Virus record (IMG/VR): IMGVR_UViG_3300016263_000151
Location: 1 to 36,991 of that record
Length of the DNA stretch: 36,991 bases
Reading direction: 5' to 3' (one strand)
DNA from: a virus
Lineage: Duplodnaviria; Caudoviricetes
In this document: positions 33,508-36,991 of the stretch, piece by piece
Position numbering within the stretch: the stretch's first letter is position 1
How the letters are laid out: each line of letters opens with the position of its first letter
Program-made: the position numbers and the translations under genes
Notes under the pieces: model-generated
The model's database searches: none
Seen by the model: only the letters and a program-made list of their open reading frames with translations
What the model was told of the DNA's origin: nothing

Positions 33508-33990
33508 ATGCCCATCTACGCTTATGTCGGCGGCACAGGCCCAACGCTTGATCTGAATTTTGTCGCGCAGACATATCAGCGGGGCAACACGCCTGTCACC
33601 TACACATACCTCGCCTGGCGTGAGGTGCAGGCTGTGTATGCCTACCGCAACGGCGCATGGGTGCAAACGGTCGGCTCGTGGGCTGGAAGAGGCGGAACCT
33701 ATCAGCCGTTGATGGCCGGCATCAACTACCTGTCGTTGTCGATTGGAATACTGAAAGCATACATTGACCCGGCGTCTGCCGAGGGCGTTTTGTTCAATCG
33801 CATTTACAACGGCAGAAGGGTCGGAGACGTCAACAACGACACGTTGATCACCATTTCCGACTCTCTTGATACGCTGAAATTCTACAACGGCCAGGCGATC
33901 AACCCCGTGTCGGAAGCGTATCTGCGCAATGAGCTGCTGCCGATTTTCCAATACTACGCGCCTGACTACAACGCGTATCTCTATTCCTGA
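33508..33990 (+). CDS. Hypothetical fibre-region protein with dockerin/EF-hand-like motif
   Basis: TLDLNF start; GDVNNDTLITISDSLDTLKF. Confidence 0.6.
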   Translation: MPIYAYVGGTGPTLDLNFVAQTYQRGNTPVTYTYLAWREVQAVYAYRNGAWVQTVGSWAGRGGTYQPLMAGINYLSLSIGILKAYIDPASAEGVLFNRIYNGRRVGDVNNDTLITISDSLDTLKFYNGQAINPVSEAYLRNELLPIFQYYAPDYNAYLYS

Positions 33991-34006
33991 AAGGCTGGGC
34001 CGATGA

Positions 34007-34642
34007 ATGACGCGATCCCGTGACACCGCAAACCTGTTGTCTGATGGCGGCATTGGAGCAGCCGAGCTGCTGACCGACGCCGTCGAAACCGCGAAGATTA
34101 AAGACCTGAACGTGACAACGGGAAAGCTCGCCGCAAACGCGGTTACGCCAGGAAAGATGTCGCAGCCTCTTACGCACGGCACGCCGGTGGCCACAACCAG
34201 CGGCACCGAAAAAGACTTTACCGGCATTCCTGCCTGGGTGCGGCGCATCACTGTTTCTCTTGCCGGTGTCTCGCTGTCTGGTACAGCGCTGCTTCGTTTT
34301 CGTTTGGGCACGTCTGGAGGGTTTGCCACGAGTGGTTATGTTGGCGCCGGATCTGTGATTTCGTCTGGTTCGGCCACGGCAAACCAAACTGCTGGTTTTG
34401 ACATTTACACCAACGTACCCAACGCAAGTTACACCTACAGCGGCGAAATCGTTTTTGTTTGTGTGGATGCAACTAATGACATCTGGGCTGCGGCTGGAAC
34501 ATTCTCATGTAATTCTGTGGCTTGGACGCATACTGTTGCTGGGCACGTTGACCTGTCTGGCGCACTGACACAGGTGAGACTGACAACCAGCAATGGAACC
34601 GACACTTTCGACGCGGGCACTATCAACATTCACTATGAGTGA
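34007..34642 (+). CDS. Tail fibre-like protein
   Basis: AVETAKI/NVTTGKL/AVTPGKM fibre repeats, DFTGIPAWVRRITV, FDAGTINIHYE. Confidence 0.7.
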   Translation: MTRSRDTANLLSDGGIGAAELLTDAVETAKIKDLNVTTGKLAANAVTPGKMSQPLTHGTPVATTSGTEKDFTGIPAWVRRITVSLAGVSLSGTALLRFRLGTSGGFATSGYVGAGSVISSGSATANQTAGFDIYTNVPNASYTYSGEIVFVCVDATNDIWAAAGTFSCNSVAWTHTVAGHVDLSGALTQVRLTTSNGTDTFDAGTINIHYE

Positions 34643-34645
34643 GCC

Positions 34646-34867
34646 ATGGACAATCAGCAGCTATTCAACATTGTTGTGTCGGTTGGCGGATTTATGGCCG
34701 CCTGGGTCTTCAACAACATGAACAGGCAGATCCAAAGACTTGAGGACAAGTTAGCGGAACTGCCAATGGTCTACGTGCAAAAGGATGACTACCGGTCTGA
34801 CATTGCAGAGGTGAAAAACATCTTGCACCAGATCTTCGACAAGCTGGACGGCAAGGCCGACAAGTGA
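34646..34867 (+). CDS. Small membrane protein with coiled coil
   Basis: N-terminal TM, YVQKDDY, FDKLDGKADK. Confidence 0.7.
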   Translation: MDNQQLFNIVVSVGGFMAAWVFNNMNRQIQRLEDKLAELPMVYVQKDDYRSDIAEVKNILHQIFDKLDGKADK

Positions 34868-34868
34868 T

Positions 34869-35564
34869 GTGGACCCGTTTACCCTTCTGGCGATGGCAAA
34901 CGGCGCTGTCGCTGCCGTCAAGAAGGGGTGCCAGCTCTACAAGGACATCAAGAGCGCAGCGGGCGACGTCAGCTCGGTGCTCAAGGACATCGACAAACAA
35001 TTTGCAGGAAGGAAGGTAAGCAAGGCCCAGGCAGAGAAGATTGCGGAAAAAAAGGCAGAGGTGAAGGCCGCGGCCACCACCGATCCAAACGACGTGATCT
35101 CACAGATCGGCAATCAGCTCGGCGACTTCTTCGACGCATTCGACAAGATCGAGCAGCTTTTCTACGAGGAGGAGCGACACGCAAGAGAGGTCTACGAGGG
35201 CGACGAGTCGGTGAACAGGCGGGCGCTGCAGCGTGTGCTGGTGCGCTCTAGGCTTGAGATGATGCAGGCCGAAATGCGCGAGTTGATGATCTACCACTCG
35301 CCGCCTGAGCTGAAAGATTTGTGGGGCCGGTTTGAGCTCATGCGCGAACAGATCGGCAAGGAGCAAAAGAAGGCCTGGGAAACGCTGCGCATCAAGCGGC
35401 AGCAGGAGGAAGCAGAGCGCAGAGAGCTGCATGATTTTGTTTGGGGGATAGTCGGATGGCTGGTCGCCGTGGCAGTGCTGTGGATCTACGCGACGCTTCT
35501 GCTGTGGGCGATCGCTCTACACAGAGACGGCTCGCTCTCTCTATGGTGGGTAACATCATCATGA
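34869..35564 (+). CDS. Coiled-coil protein with C-terminal TM
   Basis: MDPFTLLAMA start; hydrophobic C-terminus. Confidence 0.7.
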   Translation: MDPFTLLAMANGAVAAVKKGCQLYKDIKSAAGDVSSVLKDIDKQFAGRKVSKAQAEKIAEKKAEVKAAATTDPNDVISQIGNQLGDFFDAFDKIEQLFYEEERHAREVYEGDESVNRRALQRVLVRSRLEMMQAEMRELMIYHSPPELKDLWGRFELMREQIGKEQKKAWETLRIKRQQEEAERRELHDFVWGIVGWLVAVAVLWIYATLLLWAIALHRDGSLSLWWVTSS

Positions 35565-35704
35565 TGCTGATCTTGGTGCTGGCGCTGACCTTCGGCGGCT
35601 TTCTGTACATGGACTACAAGACCGAAGAGGCCAGAGCAAAGAAGATGGACAAACGCGTGATCGAGCTGCGCCGACAGTTCGAACAATTTTGCAAAAAGGA
35701 TTGA
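35543..35704 (+). CDS. i-spanin-like membrane protein
   Basis: N-terminal TM, short coiled coil, C-terminal Cys; start uncertain. Confidence 0.5.
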   Translation: MVGNIIMMLILVLALTFGGFLYMDYKTEEARAKKMDKRVIELRRQFEQFCKKD

Positions 35705-35705
35705 T

Positions 35706-35882
35706 ATGCGATGGTTGCTTGTTTTGCTGCTGCTGGCCGGGTGCCAGGACAGATACCGCTACCCGTGCATGGATGAAAAGAATTGGGACAAGGAAGAGTG
35801 CAAGCGCCCCCAGTGTTCCATTCTGCAAGTGTGTCCTGATCAACTGATCAAACCTGAAGAGATGAAAGGGGAAGTGCGATGA
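35706..35882 (+). CDS. o-spanin-like lipoprotein
   Basis: MRWLLVLLLLAGC lipobox, then four more Cys; read by hand; AAGGA RBS. Confidence 0.7.
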   Translation: MRWLLVLLLLAGCQDRYRYPCMDEKNWDKEECKRPQCSILQVCPDQLIKPEEMKGEVR

Positions 35883-36175
35883 CCTCTGAAAAGATCGATT
35901 CGATCATCAAGCTGGCGATCACCATCACGTTCTGCATCACGATCGGCTGCATGGTGTTTCTGTCCATGTATAGCCTGGTCTTTGTGCCGCAGCCCATGAA
36001 CGGCATCGCGCCGGCCGACAAGCAGTTTTTCTTCCTGCTGTCGGACATGAGCAAATACATCCTCGGATCGCTGGGCACGCTGCTGGCCATCAAGGGCAAG
36101 GACGCGATCGCCGAGATGATGACCAGGGAGCCCGAGCCACAACCCAAAGAGGCCAAAGATGGACAAGCTGCTTGA
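35879..36175 (+). CDS. Two-TM membrane protein
   Basis: Two hydrophobic segments; ATGA-coupled. Confidence 0.7.
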   Translation: MTSEKIDSIIKLAITITFCITIGCMVFLSMYSLVFVPQPMNGIAPADKQFFFLLSDMSKYILGSLGTLLAIKGKDAIAEMMTREPEPQPKEAKDGQAA

Positions 36176-36617
36176 CCTGTTGAAGGGAGCAGCCCCTGCC
36201 CTGGCCACCGCGGTCGTCGGCCCCTTGGGTGGCGCGGCCATAAACGCGATCGCTGACAAGCTCGGCGTCCCTGCCACCCCGGCCGCCATCACCAGCGCGC
36301 TCGAGGCGAACCCCGAAGCCGCCGCCAGACTGCGCGAGATCGACGTGCGTGAGTTCGAGGCCGAACAGAAGGCCGTGTCCGAGCGCTGGCAGGCCGACAT
36401 GAACAGCGACTCGTGGCTGTCCAAGAACATCAGGCCCATGACGCTGATCTACCTGCTGACCGCCTACCTGCTCATGGCGGTCGCAGACGGCGCCGGGTTC
36501 CACATCTCTGAGAGCTACGTCACCCTGCTCGGACAGTGGGGCATGTTGGTCATGGGTGCTTATTTCGGTGGCCGGACTATTGAGAAAATCGCAACAACGA
36601 TGGAGAAACGCAAATGA
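36159..36617 (+). CDS. Holin (3TM gene-transfer-release holin-like)
   Basis: APALATAV.GP.GG, SDSWLSKNIRP, YFGGRTIEK. Confidence 0.75.
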   Translation: MDKLLDLLKGAAPALATAVVGPLGGAAINAIADKLGVPATPAAITSALEANPEAAARLREIDVREFEAEQKAVSERWQADMNSDSWLSKNIRPMTLIYLLTAYLLMAVADGAGFHISESYVTLLGQWGMLVMGAYFGGRTIEKIATTMEKRK

Positions 36618-36991
36618 AAGAAAACTTCGACGAGGCGCTGGCGGCCGTGCTGCATCACGAGGGCGGCTTTGTGAACCATCCTTCTGACCCTGGCGGCATG
36701 ACCAACCTGGGCTGCACCAAAAAGGTCTGGGAGGAGTGGGTTGGCCACCAGGTCGACGAGCAGACCATGCGCAACCTCAAGCCGGCCGACGTGGCCCCGC
36801 TCTACAAGGCCCGCTACTGGGACAAGGTGCACGGCGACGAGCTGCCTGCCGGAGTCGATTATGTGGTCTTTGACGCGGCCATCAACTCTGGCCCTGGGCG
36901 CGCCGTGAAGTGGCTGCAGGCCTGCGTGGGCGTTGATCCTGACGGAGCCATCGGTCCGCGCACCATGGCGGCCGTGAAGGCTGCGAACCCC
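36614..36991 (+). CDS. GH108 endolysin, partial at window end
   Basis: HEGGFVNHPSDPGGMTNLG, YKARYWD, FDAAINSGPGRA, DGAIGPRT. Confidence 0.92.
   Translation, partial: MKENFDEALAAVLHHEGGFVNHPSDPGGMTNLGCTKKVWEEWVGHQVDEQTMRNLKPADVAPLYKARYWDKVHGDELPAGVDYVVFDAAINSGPGRAVKWLQACVGVDPDGAIGPRTMAAVKAANP

Noticed and set aside
17570-34642. Diversity-generating retroelement as in BPP-1
   Set aside because: No reverse transcriptase motif and no TR/VR pair differing at adenines was seen in the window

Overview
A GC-rich, near-complete tailed-phage genome segment with podovirus-type (BPP-1/BcepC6B-like) gene order, probably from a temperate lineage infecting a Gram-negative host (inference). Left arm (minus strand, 35-5435): TGT/DpdA-like transglycosylase, mini QueF-like protein, a C5 cytosine methyltransferase split over two overlapping frames, HTH/excisionase-like genes, RecT and a YqaJ exonuclease. 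Switch (5450-6014): divergent promoters with GTTGC-N7-GCAAC operators, a Cro-like gene and a CI-like repressor that appears internally deleted. Right arm (plus strand): RusA, SSB, a C4/CI-like structured RNA, a DUF1376 initiator with internal ori repeats, small accessory genes, terminases, portal, scaffold, capsid, fibres, tail tube proteins, three large ejection proteins and a lysis cassette ending in a GH108 endolysin cut by the window edge. Most notable: a predicted injected virion protein carrying a zincin motif plus an Ogg/HhH-GPD-like DNA glycosylase motif, in a phage that also encodes a minimal 7-deazaguanine-type DNA modification pair. All calls come from motif reading by eye; no database searches were run.
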